From positions 9,129 to 73,128 of the forward strand of contig NIVC01002928.1 of NCBI GenBank assembly GCA_002269645.1: DNA of 64,000 nucleotides, in the 5' to 3' direction. The position numbers and the translations under genes were made by a program. The DNA comes from Macrostomum lignano. Taxonomy: Eukaryota. This document shows, one piece after another, positions 12,333 through 23,161 of this stretch (positions are counted from its first letter, which is position 1; each line of letters starts with the position of its first letter). Under the pieces are notes generated by a model, which ran no database searches, had not been told where the DNA came from, and saw only the letters and a program-made list of their open reading frames with translations.

Positions 12333-12474
12333 CAAAGACAGACAGACAGACAGCCAATAGGACATATAGACACGAAGCCATTACAAGCTTTACCTGATAT
12401 TGCCGAGGTGCATAGACAGGTGCAGCTTGCTGGTTTTGGTAATTTTCCCCATTGGCATCAGAATTGGTTTCCAT
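983..12474 (-). CDS. Dicer: Dicer (RNase III endoribonuclease), 5' part: DExD/H helicase, helicase insert, HELICc, DUF283/dsRBF and platform region; continues beyond the left edge
   Basis: Exons assembled by hand, all GT-AG and phase-compatible: 12474-12394, 12234-12072, 10957-10563, 9669-9411, 8156-7756, 5495-5073, 3875-3721, 3218-2918, 2491-2067, 1225-983 (about 948 codons). Motifs: [57 protein letters not shown], then DUF283-like TAVSLINRY...[21 protein letters not shown]. Confidence 0.93.
1318..1380 (+). mobile_element. Truncated tRNA-derived SINE head
   Basis: A-box-like tagtggttagagc and B-box-like ggttcgatt; about 90% identical to the heads of the fuller copies at 1975-2039 and 46940-47002. 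Confidence 0.75.
1692..2039 (-). mobile_element. tRNA-derived SINE with a CORE/Meta-like central domain and (ATT)n tail
   Basis: Minus strand: Pol III A/B boxes, then ccttgagcaagac...cagctgtaaaatgggtgcc (MIR/CORE-like), then an AAT-repeat tail; near-identical copy at 46703-47001. Confidence 0.85.
2560..2880. repeat. 25-bp purine-rich tandem repeat (aagagaatcttgggaagggggaatt) with degenerate flanks, Dicer intron 8
   Basis: About 4 clean copies at 2660-2770 with diverged copies either side. Confidence 0.8.
3250..3675. repeat. (TCTG)n microsatellite, Dicer intron 7
   Basis: Direct. Confidence 0.95.
4173..5056. repeat. 15-bp minisatellite (gcaccagaggcgcca), about 59 nearly identical copies, Dicer intron 6
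   Basis: Direct; only sporadic ggcgcc to ggcacc variants. Confidence 0.97.
5545..7715. repeat. 28-bp minisatellite with 105-bp higher-order repeat, Dicer intron 5
   Basis: Monomer ccagatcccaaataccagatgcttgatt; the 35-aa period of the minus-strand ORFs equals 105 bp. Confidence 0.93.
8255..9285. repeat. 33-bp minisatellite (ggattatcccagtgtctaatcctccacaggttt) with internal palindrome, Dicer intron 4
   Basis: Direct; GGATTA...TAATCC inverted core. Confidence 0.95.
9870..10560. repeat. 33-bp minisatellite of the same family with a 198-bp (6-mer) higher-order repeat, Dicer intron 3
   Basis: Marker ctaaaacgttaaag recurs at 9991, 10189 and 10387. Confidence 0.92.
10978..12000. repeat. 20-bp minisatellite (ggctgagtgagggctgaggt), about 50 copies, Dicer intron 2
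   Basis: Direct. Confidence 0.95.
12275..12355. repeat. (GACA)n microsatellite, Dicer intron 1
   Basis: Direct. Confidence 0.9.
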
Positions 12475-14107
12475 TATAGACTGAAACAATTAGGTTTTAA
12501 AAAGAAGAAATCTAAATTAAAATAAATTATCACAGATTAATTAAGAACAAAACTAACAAAAAAACAGATTAAATATTCTCATGGTAAGTTAAGATAAAAA
12601 TACAAATAAAATATGAGTACAAATCAGATTGTATTATTGGTAAATATACTTAGGATACTTATCTTTATTAAAAATATAAAGATGCTTTAAAAAGATGTTT
12701 ATTGTATAGCTCAAAGAACAAAAATATATGTACAATTGATTACAGTTTTAGTAATTTTGAAAAAGTAAAAAATTGCAAGTGACACACAAAGGTCATTGTC
12801 TTTTCTTATCTCTAGCTATTAAAGTTTTAATGTGCAACTGCTACTAACTTAAGCTTTTAATATGTTAGTCATTTAGTTTTATGTTATTTGTCTTTTCATT
12901 TTTAGCATTTAAAAGTTCAATGTTTTTTAAAAAAACAGAAAAAGCCTTCTATAAATGGAAAAAATCAATGCAAATATTGTTTCCAACACTACCAAAGTTG
13001 GGTAATTTATAGCAAACATTGCTGCAGACTCAATTCCCATATTCCATGTGACTTATATGTAAATTTTGTTTAGAAATTTAGATGTTCTATTAAGCAGCAT
13101 GTTTTTTTACAAAGGAAAAATGAAGAACCACCTATATACTATACTAAGGTAAAGGAACTTTGGATAAAATGATCATTGCTACTTTGTAAACAATGTTGTA
13201 AGAATAAATAGATTGGTTACTTTAAAATAATTGATTATTGACTACACAATGAAAATTCTTGTTTAAATTACTAAAATATTAAGCATTTTTATTAGAACCT
13301 AATTTCAATCAAAACTGACTATTTCAATCAAATAAACAAATTGCCCTGTCTTGATAATGACTAATATAGTCAAAATGCATGGAAAAATAGAAACAGGTAT
13401 TAATATTATCTTTTCTTTTTTTAAAAGATAGTTAAAATTATAAGTTAATTTTTTTCAATTGTATACATAGATGGAAACATTTTAATTTTAGTTATAAGAT
13501 TATTTAATATAATTATATCCTTTAATATTTATACTATTTTATCAAATCATATATACCCAACTGTTTATTAACCTAGCCAATCTAACTAATAGAAATTGTG
13601 GTAAACCAAGGATAGGTAGCTACAAAATTGATTACCAAAATCAAAAGATGAGAAAGCAGAAAGCAAAGAAACAAAAAAGCAAAAAAGCAAAAAAATGACA
13701 AATTAAAAACAGTATATAAAAACTAAATAAAAATCATAACACATTAATACAAAATGCAAAAATGTTCAAAATGAAGCAAAATTATCAAATGAACAAATAT
13801 TTTTTGAATAAATATAATGAGACCATACACTTTTAATACTTGGCCAACCTAGCCCATTTTGCTAGCAAAAGATCTGGCCAAGGTAAATTGCAAAAACACT
13901 AACCTAAACATAAAAACATAGTACTATAGGACAAAAAGGCATTTTGCCTTAATAATACAGTTATTTTTTGCAATTTATATAAAATTTTATAAATATTTGC
14001 TTTATTAAGGATTTTTTAATTTAGACAAGTTGCATTTTTGGTTAAAAAATTAGTTATAAGTAATATAAATCATGGGGTTATACATATATACTGTAGGCAT
14101 TAGATAT

Positions 14108-14802
14108 CATAGTGCGGAAGGACGGGTATACGCCAGAAATCTCCGTCGTACACAGGGATCACCTGTCGTACATGTCGTACACCGCTAATTTTTGGGGGGC
14201 ACTATGTCGTACACTGTCGTACATGTAAACATGTTACATGTCTGTCTGTCGTACACTTGTCAATGTCATACGACTCATACGTGAAGTATAGACATAGTTA
14301 GTATTCCTTTGATGGACAATCGGACACCAGTACCATATACTTGTAGTCTTGTAACTAACTCATAACGTTGTTGTTAACGTATTGCATTGAAGCAAAGAAG
14401 TAAAAATTCAATAGTTGCACTTTTCCACTCAAAGGGTAATTTAAATTATCAGTATTATATTTGTACAAACTCTTAAATTCAATTTTATTGGTGCAAAACT
14501 ATACTTGACATTGCAAGCAGAAAAGTACAATATATCTGTTGTTTTACTTTGCATATTAAAAAAATGCAATATCAAGAATTTCCAGCACCTACCCACATAT
14601 TCATGCCATTTTTTGCCCGTACCAACTACCAACACCTTACATTACTATGTAAATGCCACTATTTTTGTCATACAGCACTTCCTTAAACTCTAACTCTGTC
14701 GTACAACACTAGTACCATTTTTTAATCCCTGTTGTACTGTTGTACAACAGGCCGAAATGAAAATTTACCTTCCGTTGTATACAGAAATCTTTCTGCACTA
14801 TG
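14108..14802. mobile_element. Candidate non-autonomous DNA transposon (MITE-like)
   Basis: Imperfect 15-bp terminal inverted repeats (catagtgcggaagga / tctttctgcactatg, 13/15) and clustered tgtcgtaca-like motifs near both ends; no clear TSD. Confidence 0.4.
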
Positions 14803-16894
14803 GATTAGATACTATTTACAAAATAATTTTTTTGTCATTGTCATTTATATTTTAGGGATATAAGGCCTAATAATCATCTCTAATTTTCTAATTTTTAGCT
14901 ATTAGTCATTTATTAGGGGCCTATATTAAAGCAATAAAAATGATTATTAATATTATAAATCTAGTAAGCCTATAAAAATATTTTGCTTTATCCTTTGGTT
15001 TAATAGACTTAAATGGATAATCTCTAATTGATAATGAATAATGTTCTCTATTTTGTTAATAGGATTTTATAAAATAGAATTTTAATAGGCCTATTAGCAT
15101 TTTTAATTAAATAAGCACTAATGCTTTGATTCAAAATTTTTCATAAAAGTTATAGATTGGACCCTGTGTAGCTATGATAACTACATGTGACAAGTATGAG
15201 ATTCAAATTATGCTTTTGCCTTCTATAACATTAATACCCTATATTAACTCTTTAGGCTCTTAGCTAAGCCTAGGCCTATATAGAAAATTCTGATGGCTAA
15301 CTTGAATCAGTACAGTGTGCTTTCAGTATTCAGATAGACATTCAGTCAGGCTAACAGTAGCAGCATATTTATCTTTGGTTCTAAAATATAAAATAGGAAA
15401 TTTGGCTTTGCCAATGAGTAGCAGTAGTACTAAGTAACAAGAGCATTAGAGGAAATATGCTTGATTCCATAGAGACACATAGTAAAATAGAGAATAAACT
15501 TGCTTTTTAACAATCTGTTTCCTACGCTATAGCTTTGTGACACCCAAGATCTTTTTTATGCTTCGCGACGTGAGCCTCGAATCAGTTGGATCAGCTGGTT
15601 TCATTCAGGGACTCGAAAACAGTCATGCCACGGTAATATCGAAAACGAAAATTGTTTTCTCAGAAAATAAAGAGTTCATATACAATCAAGTCACTCGTAA
15701 TAAAAACAAACAATAAAATAGAAAAAATTTTTATAAAATAAGGAAAACTTTTTAAAACAAAGCATGCATTTTTTAGGAAAAAATTATTCCTATTTATGAT
15801 TTTTCAGTAGTCTAGCAAAGTTTAATGTATTTGAACTCTTAACTTTGAGAAACGGCTTGCAAACCTTATGGTTGATTGAAAGGTGACACGGTAAACAAGG
15901 GACGCCCAATCGCTACGACGGCGGCTTTGCTACTGGGTCCGTACTGCCTCCCTGTGGCGAACGCTATTCGCATCGCAAAAAAGGGGGGAAAGAAGCTCAT
16001 CACAAACAACCTGTGCATACATAATTTAATTTACATGTAAATGTACAACGTACACGTACACAGTGGCGTAGCCAGGAATTTCAATTGGGGGCCGGGCCGA
16101 GTCGGCTTGGCTGGCCATGCCTTAAGCCATTGCTACTTTTGGCGCTGCAGGCACTCATTTTGGCGCCGCAGGCACTCATTTTGGCTATAAAAAAATCGAT
16201 TTTAACATGTACATATTGTAACAGTAAAACTAAGTGTAGAGATTCATTCATTCATAAAATGCTACTGTTAGTAGAGCAACACTAACACGCAAGAAAAAAA
16301 ATAATGTTACACATTTATAGGTGGTAATATTTAAAAAAATGAATCATATGTTACTATATATTTAATATGACGCGCAAGAGATGAATCATGATAGCGTAAG
16401 CATGTGTAGCTCGACCTCAAATAAGGTACATGTTAAAAACGTCCTCTCCTATAGTCTTTGCTAGAATTTCTACGATTTGACTTTAATTTCGGCCAATCAA
16501 ATTAAACCGAGATAAACCAGTTTTCGCAAAATTTGTGTATAGATATGTACATGTACATAAATACAAACACTCCGAGAGCCCGAAAAACTTCAGAGTCAGA
16601 GCAGTCCCAATTAAGATTAATTTGGTTTGATACAATCGAGAGGATCGGTTCTTTGAGACAAATCCGTACCGTTTGGTAAGCCTTCTGTGACGTCTTTGTT
16701 ATTTGATTATCGAGAGATGAATTGTTGTTAACCTGATGAATTGATTTCTGTTGAATTTTGAATTTTAATAGGCCTCAGCCATATTCCTACGGGATTGGCT
16801 ATGATAGGATCCTTTTGACCGATGATGCCGATACTCGATTAAACGATTTACTGATTAACGATTGATTACGATAACCATTGAAATTATGGGTAGC

Positions 16895-17215
16895 CCGACA
16901 ACTGCCTGCACGACAACTGCCTGCACGACAACTGCCTGCACGACAACTGCCTGCACGACAACTGCCTGCACGACAACTGCCTGCACGACAACTGCCTGCA
17001 CGGCAACTGCCTGCACGACAACTGCCTGCACGACAACTGCCTGCACGACAACTGCCTGCACGACAACTGCCTGCACGACAACTGCCTGCTGCACGACAAT
17101 TCTGCCTGCTGCACGACAACTGCCTGCGCGACAACTGTCTGCGCGACAACTGTCTGCGCAACAACTGCTGCCTGCTGCACGACAACTGCCTGCACGACAA
17201 CTGCCTGCGGAAACA
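16895..17215. repeat. 15-bp tandem repeat (acgacaactgcctgc)
   Basis: Direct; one inverted copy at 17489-17502. Confidence 0.93.
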
Positions 17216-18535
17216 ACTGCTTTTGTTCAAGTTAATAACTAAGTGAACAAATGTACTTTAGTAGCAAAAAAATAGTTTCTGTCGATGTAGAATTTCGCGT
17301 GAGCAGTTAAATATAGATAATTCATACTTTTGAATTCATTACACTAATGAAACCTGTTTTTTATTTCTCTGTTTGGTATTTTGTATTTTCTTCTAATACT
17401 ATAATAATATACTATGATGTTGCGCTCTGAGTTGTTGAACAAGCTCAGCTAGCAGTCTGCAGTTGTCTCCAGTCAGCTGTCGCCGCATGCAGGCAATTGT
17501 CGTAGAACCGCGGTACTACGAGCCCCGCAACAGTAAGTGAGCACTGATATCTGTTCCCTAGCCTGCAGACTTGCGGTCTGGAAATGGGAGTTCGTGCGCT
17601 TAGACACAAGCGCGCAGGCCATTTTTACGAGTATCCGGCACCAAGTCAGGAATTGCTTTATTTTCTCTATATTTATTTTTCACAAACTTAAAATGTTCAG
17701 GCTTAAAATGTTAAAATGTTGCTATTAAAAATGGTAAAATGTTCAGTAGCTTCAGTAGCTTGTGCCAGACTCATTCATTTAAGATGCGCGCTTGTGCCAG
17801 TTCGCGCTTGCGTCACTGAGAGCTTAATCGCGCTTAGTTAAAAAAATGCGCGCTTAATCATGCGTCCCATTACGAGCGCGAGTATGTTGTATAGCGAATA
17901 TTGAACTCTGCTACAGGGTACATATACTGAAGCAATCTATATGCATACCTTCACCATGTGTATTCACTGTTACACAAAACCGTACGAACCGTACGCGAAA
18001 ACATAAACATTAATTTCTAAAACTAACAATACGTTATATCCTCAAAAAAGAAAAAAATGACAGAGGTGAAGTTCAACACGGCCAATTCAAATCATGAATC
18101 GTCATAAATTCGGGTAACAGAACAGAATAATGAATAAGAATATTTCTCTTTTGAGAAGGGAATCCTATAATTAAGAGCCTTAACGCTGACAAAAGTAATT
18201 TATTTAATTTAAATTTAAAATTTAAATAAATTTAAACGAGTGCCAAGGCCATTGGCGTCAAATATTTCATTAAATAGCCGACAAAAGATACTCGTACTCG
18301 TATAGATCAAGTAGCTATAATTTACAACTAAAATAATTATATTTCAATTTCAGTACGAGTATCTACGACCGAACGCTTTTCGTTTGAGACCCTACAGTTT
18401 TCACGGAATATAATAGATTACAGTATTATAACAAAGGAATTACGCTACAAAAAGTAGTCACAGGAAATTTTTTAAGGTCGAGAAAATTTGTAAATAATTT
18501 GATCAGTGAATCAATCAGTAAATTTGAAGGCCTCC

Positions 18536-19732
18536 TTACTCTTCATCCGGTGCAGCTGGGTTTTTATTGTCAACTTTGAAGTCGAGGAGAAGTCCCGGCT
18601 CGTCTTCGAACTTTCTTCTCATCCAGTCGATATGGTCGGGGTGTTTCTTGCAATAGTTAAAACATTTCTGCTGCACTTCATCATTCTTGCTAGCAATTGT
18701 GTGCTCAAGTCGACAGAATTCTTTAGGGTAAATCGGATTGCAAACTTTAAAATGGTGCTCCACTTGATAGTACTCCACTTCTCTTTGGCCCGGCCACTTG
18801 ATCTGACGGCTCAATGTTTTGAGAATTTCAGCAATTCGCTCCTTCTCTGAGTTGAAATCTGCCGAGTTCTTGACAGAATAGTACAATGTAAGGCCTGTCC
18901 TAGGAATGCTTGGAATCTCCGGTGCCGGTGACAGGTAATTTTCTTTATTTTCTACGCCGGGCACACATGGTTTCTGCAGTCGTGGCAGGTCAGAATTTGG
19001 AAGACATGTCTCCAATTGGCTTACAATTAATTTAAAACTGGGTCGCTCCTCGGGTTCCGATGCAAGCAGTAATTTCATCACTTTTTCGTTGAGAAACTCA
19101 AATTTGTACTTCTTGTCCACCTCTTCTCCGAAAGTTGAACGCCCCGGTACATCTACATAGGTCGGTCGTTCCTGCGGAAACTCTCTAATCAGACACTCGA
19201 GCATGAGGACGCCGAATGAAAAGCAGTCGACCTTTAGTGTGTATTTGGACCTCCTATCCAGTTGGATTTCCGGTGCCATGTAAGGACCAGTTCCTTTGCC
19301 TCCGCTCTTTTCAGGGGTGTCATCTTTTCTGCTCAAATCGAGATCGCATACTTTGCAAATTGTACCGTCCTCAAACAGCAGAACGTTGCCACTCTTGACG
19401 TCTCTATGCAGGATATTTTTACGGTGCAAATAATCCAGACCTTCGGCGATCTGCTTCAGCCATGTTAAACAGCGGCGCATGGTGTAACCAGTGGCGATTT
19501 CATTAGATGTATCGCCAGGGAAAGTCGGGACCTCAGAATAGAGAAAACCGTACAGACTCTGCTCACCAGCTTCCATTACAAAGAAAATTGTCTCGCCGTC
19601 GTCTTTCATAGCAAATGTGGTTACAATATTTTTGTGATTACACTGCGAAAGTAGCTCATACTCCTGCTGCAGCTGCAACCTCTCTTCTTTGGTGTTGCAG
19701 ATCGGTATCTTTTTGGCCAAAACTGTTCCAAT
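18536..19732 (-). CDS. Atypical protein kinase (TKL-like), possibly a pseudokinase or degenerating gene; 5' end unresolved
   Basis: Open frame with VLAKK (VAIK), alphaC Glu (QQEYE), HRDVKSGN, DLD in place of DFG, GTGPYMAPE, DCFSFGVLMLE and RPSF. No ATG until 19609; an in-frame CAG acceptor precedes 19732. Confidence 0.75.
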   Translation of the reverse strand: MGTVLAKKIPICNTKEERLQLQQEYELLSQCNHKNIVTTFAMKDDGETIFFVMEAGEQSLYGFLYSEVPTFPGDTSNEIATGYTMRRCLTWLKQIAEGLDYLHRKNILHRDVKSGNVLLFEDGTICKVCDLDLSRKDDTPEKSGGKGTGPYMAPEIQLDRRSKYTLKVDCFSFGVLMLECLIREFPQERPTYVDVPGRSTFGEEVDKKYKFEFLNEKVMKLLLASEPEERPSFKLIVSQLETCLPNSDLPRLQKPCVPGVENKENYLSPAPEIPSIPRTGLTLYYSVKNSADFNSEKERIAEILKTLSRQIKWPGQREVEYYQVEHHFKVCNPIYPKEFCRLEHTIASKNDEVQQKCFNYCKKHPDHIDWMRRKFEDEPGLLLDFKVDNKNPAAPDEE

Positions 19733-20182
19733 CTGCAGTTTGGGTTTTAAATCGGATTGTGGAATCCAGTTTTTAATGAGTTTGTTAGTGCGTATGTTTT
19801 ATACCGTTTTATTTAAAAAAAGGTTCACAGTGCGGATCGAGGCAATTCAAAAGGTTTTCGTCATTTTCCTCCGTCTAATTTGCCGCATCCTCTGCAATTG
19901 GCATGGTGCTTGCCCGTGCAGTGTTGTTTCAAAATGGTCAAAATTTACGAACGCGAATTGGCGTCAGATTATAGCTAGCGAAACTGTTTACGACTAGCTA
20001 CGAGTACACTTTGCTGCTTATATTGTCAAAAGAGCTCCATAATTGTTTCGCTCTCCCTTTGCCTGCAAACCCCTCTCTGCCCATGGATGATAAGAGCACA
20101 GGAAAAGAAATGGAAGGCGAGAGCATACATATAGCTCGTATCTGAATGGCCTTTACTCTACACTGCTTTTTTGACGCATGCA

Positions 20183-20460
20183 CATGCACCCTGGCGAAGA
20201 TTGAGCGAGATTGTCACACAACCGGCGAGAGGCATTGCTGCCCATTCCGCCGACTCCCCTGAGCAGGCACACAAGTGCGCGGATACGTACGCAGTCATAC
20301 GCAAGGCACACACTCACGCAGGAGTGTACAGCTACCCTATAACTACCCTATTTATCGTTTAGGCATGTAAACTTCATTGTGCCTTTGGGGGGGGGGGTTG
20401 GCCCTCAAGGCTATTAATTGCACGAGCAGAGCCAAGCCGAGATTCCAACTTAGCTTCAGA
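20183..20460 (+). mobile_element. Unclassified dispersed repeat; inverted copy at 47541-47783, fragment near 49050-49090
   Basis: Shared blocks such as ttaattgcacgagcagagccaagccgagattccaa and cccctgagcagg...gcggatacgtacgc. Confidence 0.75.
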
Positions 20461-21039
20461 TTAATGTGACTGCACTTGGGAATCGAGTCTGGGCCGCTGG
20501 CACATCAGAGCGCCGCGCCAGGCCAGAATGTCTGCCGCATGTGTGTATAATGTAATTTTAGTCAGTCGCTTTGGTCTTAGCAGAAGTTGCTCAACTATGG
20601 GATGTTGAGCTGCTGCTGCATAGCTGCAGTATGCGGGACGTTGTGACTAGGAGCGTAGTGGACGAGAGTAATTAAATAGTTGGATCTTCCCAATCCAGTT
20701 ATTTCCCTGACCTTTCCAGACAATTGAAACTTGGCTAGCTTTTATGTACTTTTATTGGTCAAGTTGAATCGAAATGCTAATTCTCATTGACAACCTGCAG
20801 AATAGAGAGCAAATTTGACCCCAATGTTTTATAAAAATCGGAAAATCAGAAGTGTTTCAATAGCTAAAAGTTCAATAAATTCTCGCTCACCTTTTACTAC
20901 GTATTGTCTACGAAATTAACATATAGTCTATGGCCCATGCCTCAGGACGTCACTCAGAAGATTACAGCAGACTTTTGCTCAGCTTTTGGCGCAGATTCCA
21001 CGCGCGCAATTTATTTTTGACTAACTAAACCCGCCCGCG

Positions 21040-21936
21040 ATGCTTCCCGACGGATTCAGCGACGAGGCCGATCGGCGTTCCACCGCCCGCTGGACGCCGC
21101 CGTCGGCGCTGCCCGAAGCCACCGAGGCCGACCGGCAGCTGGTGCGAGCAACCCAAGCCGCAATTGACGCGGCCAGCGCCGAGTTGGACAGCAACTCGGA
21201 TGAATTCGACGATCAAGAAATGGACAAACAACGCAAGTTGTCCCGATCACTCAAAGGCCGTGTCCGGTCATTCTTCCGCTCCGTGCTGAACAGCGGGGGA
21301 GGCGGAGGCGGCCGGCTGAATGTCAGCAACAGCACCGGCGCCGAGGGCAATCATCGCAAGACGACCGGCGGCTGCACTCGGCGACGCAGAAGGCCGAACG
21401 ATCTCGACAAGCTGGAGAACGTGTCGAATACGAAGCCGGTGTCGCCGACACCACCACCTGCCAACGAGGCCCAGCAGCAGAAAAACGGCGGCAACGACCC
21501 AGATAATAAGGACGAAGCGCAGGCGGAGGATGAGCAGCTGCCACCAACGCCGCCGCCGCAGCCGGAGCCGGCCGAGGAACAGCAGCCGCCCGAGTCGCAG
21601 AAGCTGGCGCAATACCCGCCAATCGAACGGCCAAGGATTTTCCGCGGCGGTCCCACCACGGCCAGGCACAAACAGACCCAACAGACTCTGTTCAACGAGT
21701 GCCGCGTGATTCCCGTAGCCACGCTGTACAAGAAGGTTGCCATGGTGCCGGGCAGGGGCCGGCTGTTCCTGTCGGCGCCCAACAACCCGCGCCCGCTGGG
21801 CAGCAACATGCTGTACGACATCGCATACGAGAACAGGCGGCATCACAGCGACTGCAATCGCGATTTCGCCAGAGCTGGCTTGAAGAAAATCTGCTCCAAC
21901 TATTGCAAGCCTAGCCAGTTTCGCTATGTCTACTGA
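21040..21936 (+). CDS. Uncharacterised single-exon protein (298 aa); acidic/Pro-rich disordered N-terminal part, Cys-containing C-terminal segment
   Basis: ATG-to-TGA ORF with GC-rich coding-like composition in AT-rich flanks; no family recognised. Confidence 0.7.
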   Translation: MLPDGFSDEADRRSTARWTPPSALPEATEADRQLVRATQAAIDAASAELDSNSDEFDDQEMDKQRKLSRSLKGRVRSFFRSVLNSGGGGGGRLNVSNSTGAEGNHRKTTGGCTRRRRRPNDLDKLENVSNTKPVSPTPPPANEAQQQKNGGNDPDNKDEAQAEDEQLPPTPPPQPEPAEEQQPPESQKLAQYPPIERPRIFRGGPTTARHKQTQQTLFNECRVIPVATLYKKVAMVPGRGRLFLSAPNNPRPLGSNMLYDIAYENRRHHSDCNRDFARAGLKKICSNYCKPSQFRYVY

Positions 21937-22914
21937 CAAGTGGCCAGTAGTATGAGCCGCGAATTTTATTAATTTTAAACAAAAACTCATATTTTTTATA
22001 CGCTTATCTTGTCGAAAGAGCGCGGCTTAGCAGAAAACTGAAAAAATATCGACATGAGCGTTTTTTTAATTACCACGCTTAGAAACTAAACACATCTTCG
22101 GTTGCCATCCCATCAATTGAAACACGCAAAATAGTTAAAAAAACAAATGCACTTATTAATTTTCATACATCATCAATTTTTTTGACGGTCAAATAAACGA
22201 AAAACAGCATCGGCTAAAATATTAACTGATCAATCTTCATCAAAACTTTGATTGTGAAGCAAGTCAAACTTATGCCAATACGTTCAAGCCGTTTGGAGAA
22301 AACTTTTGCAATGCAACTTTTGCCTGATTGTACATGCAGAACTTCTCTTTGTGGATGAATCATCTCTTCAACCAGTTGCCGCAAATTATTCGCGTCGCAA
22401 TCGCTACTTTCTACTATTGGCAGTAGAGAACTTCGCAAAGCGAAGCTAAACTGTCGTGACGAGAAACTAAAATAAGAAATAAAAGAGCAGACAGAACGAT
22501 TTCATTTCATTTCTCAAGCGAATCGCACCATTATTATTTCGGACAAAACAGCCAATTTACATGGGCTTACGACAAATCAAGGATGGATATTGCTAGACTT
22601 TATACAGCAGCAGCGACAGGTAAGTGAAAAAATCTGCAGTTATAACAAATCCTAATACTGAGAACTCAATACGAGACATGCCATTTGGGGTGAAAAATCG
22701 TTAAAAATAATAGATAATAAACAGACTCTGAATGACGGACTTGATTATAAACAAGGCTGAATTAATTTTAAACAAAGCACCGATTAAAAAATTCATTGCG
22801 AGAAAAAATCTGTTGATTAAATTTAAAAGTTCTGACGAAATAAGGTGCGCTAAAGCAACTGAATGAAATATTGGCTTCCTGACCTGCACTGATCCTCAAC
22901 TAAGGACATCCAAC

Positions 22915-23135
22915 TCTACTCTACCCAAACCTACTTCTACCCAAATCTACCTTATTCTACCCAAACCTACCCTACTCTACCCAAACCTACCATACTCTAC
23001 CCAAACCTACCCTACTCTACCCAAACCTACCCTACTCTACCCAATCCTACTCTACTTTACGCAAACATAATCTACTCTACCCAATCCTACCCTACTCTAC
23101 CCAATCCTACCCTACTCTATTCAATCCTGCCCTAA
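22915..23135. repeat. 20-bp tandem repeat (ctctacccaaacctacccta) just 3' of the TTC38 stop
   Basis: Direct. Confidence 0.88.
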
Positions 23136-23161
23136 TCAACTCTCAAGTCCAAGTCAGAGCA

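Noticed and set aside
16061-16110. cagtggcgtagccagg transposon-like terminus
   Set aside because: No matching inverted end found nearby.
22600-22630. Isolated strong plus-strand donor CAG|gtaagt
   Set aside because: No associated ORF or acceptor could be linked to it; may be chance or an unannotated non-coding exon.
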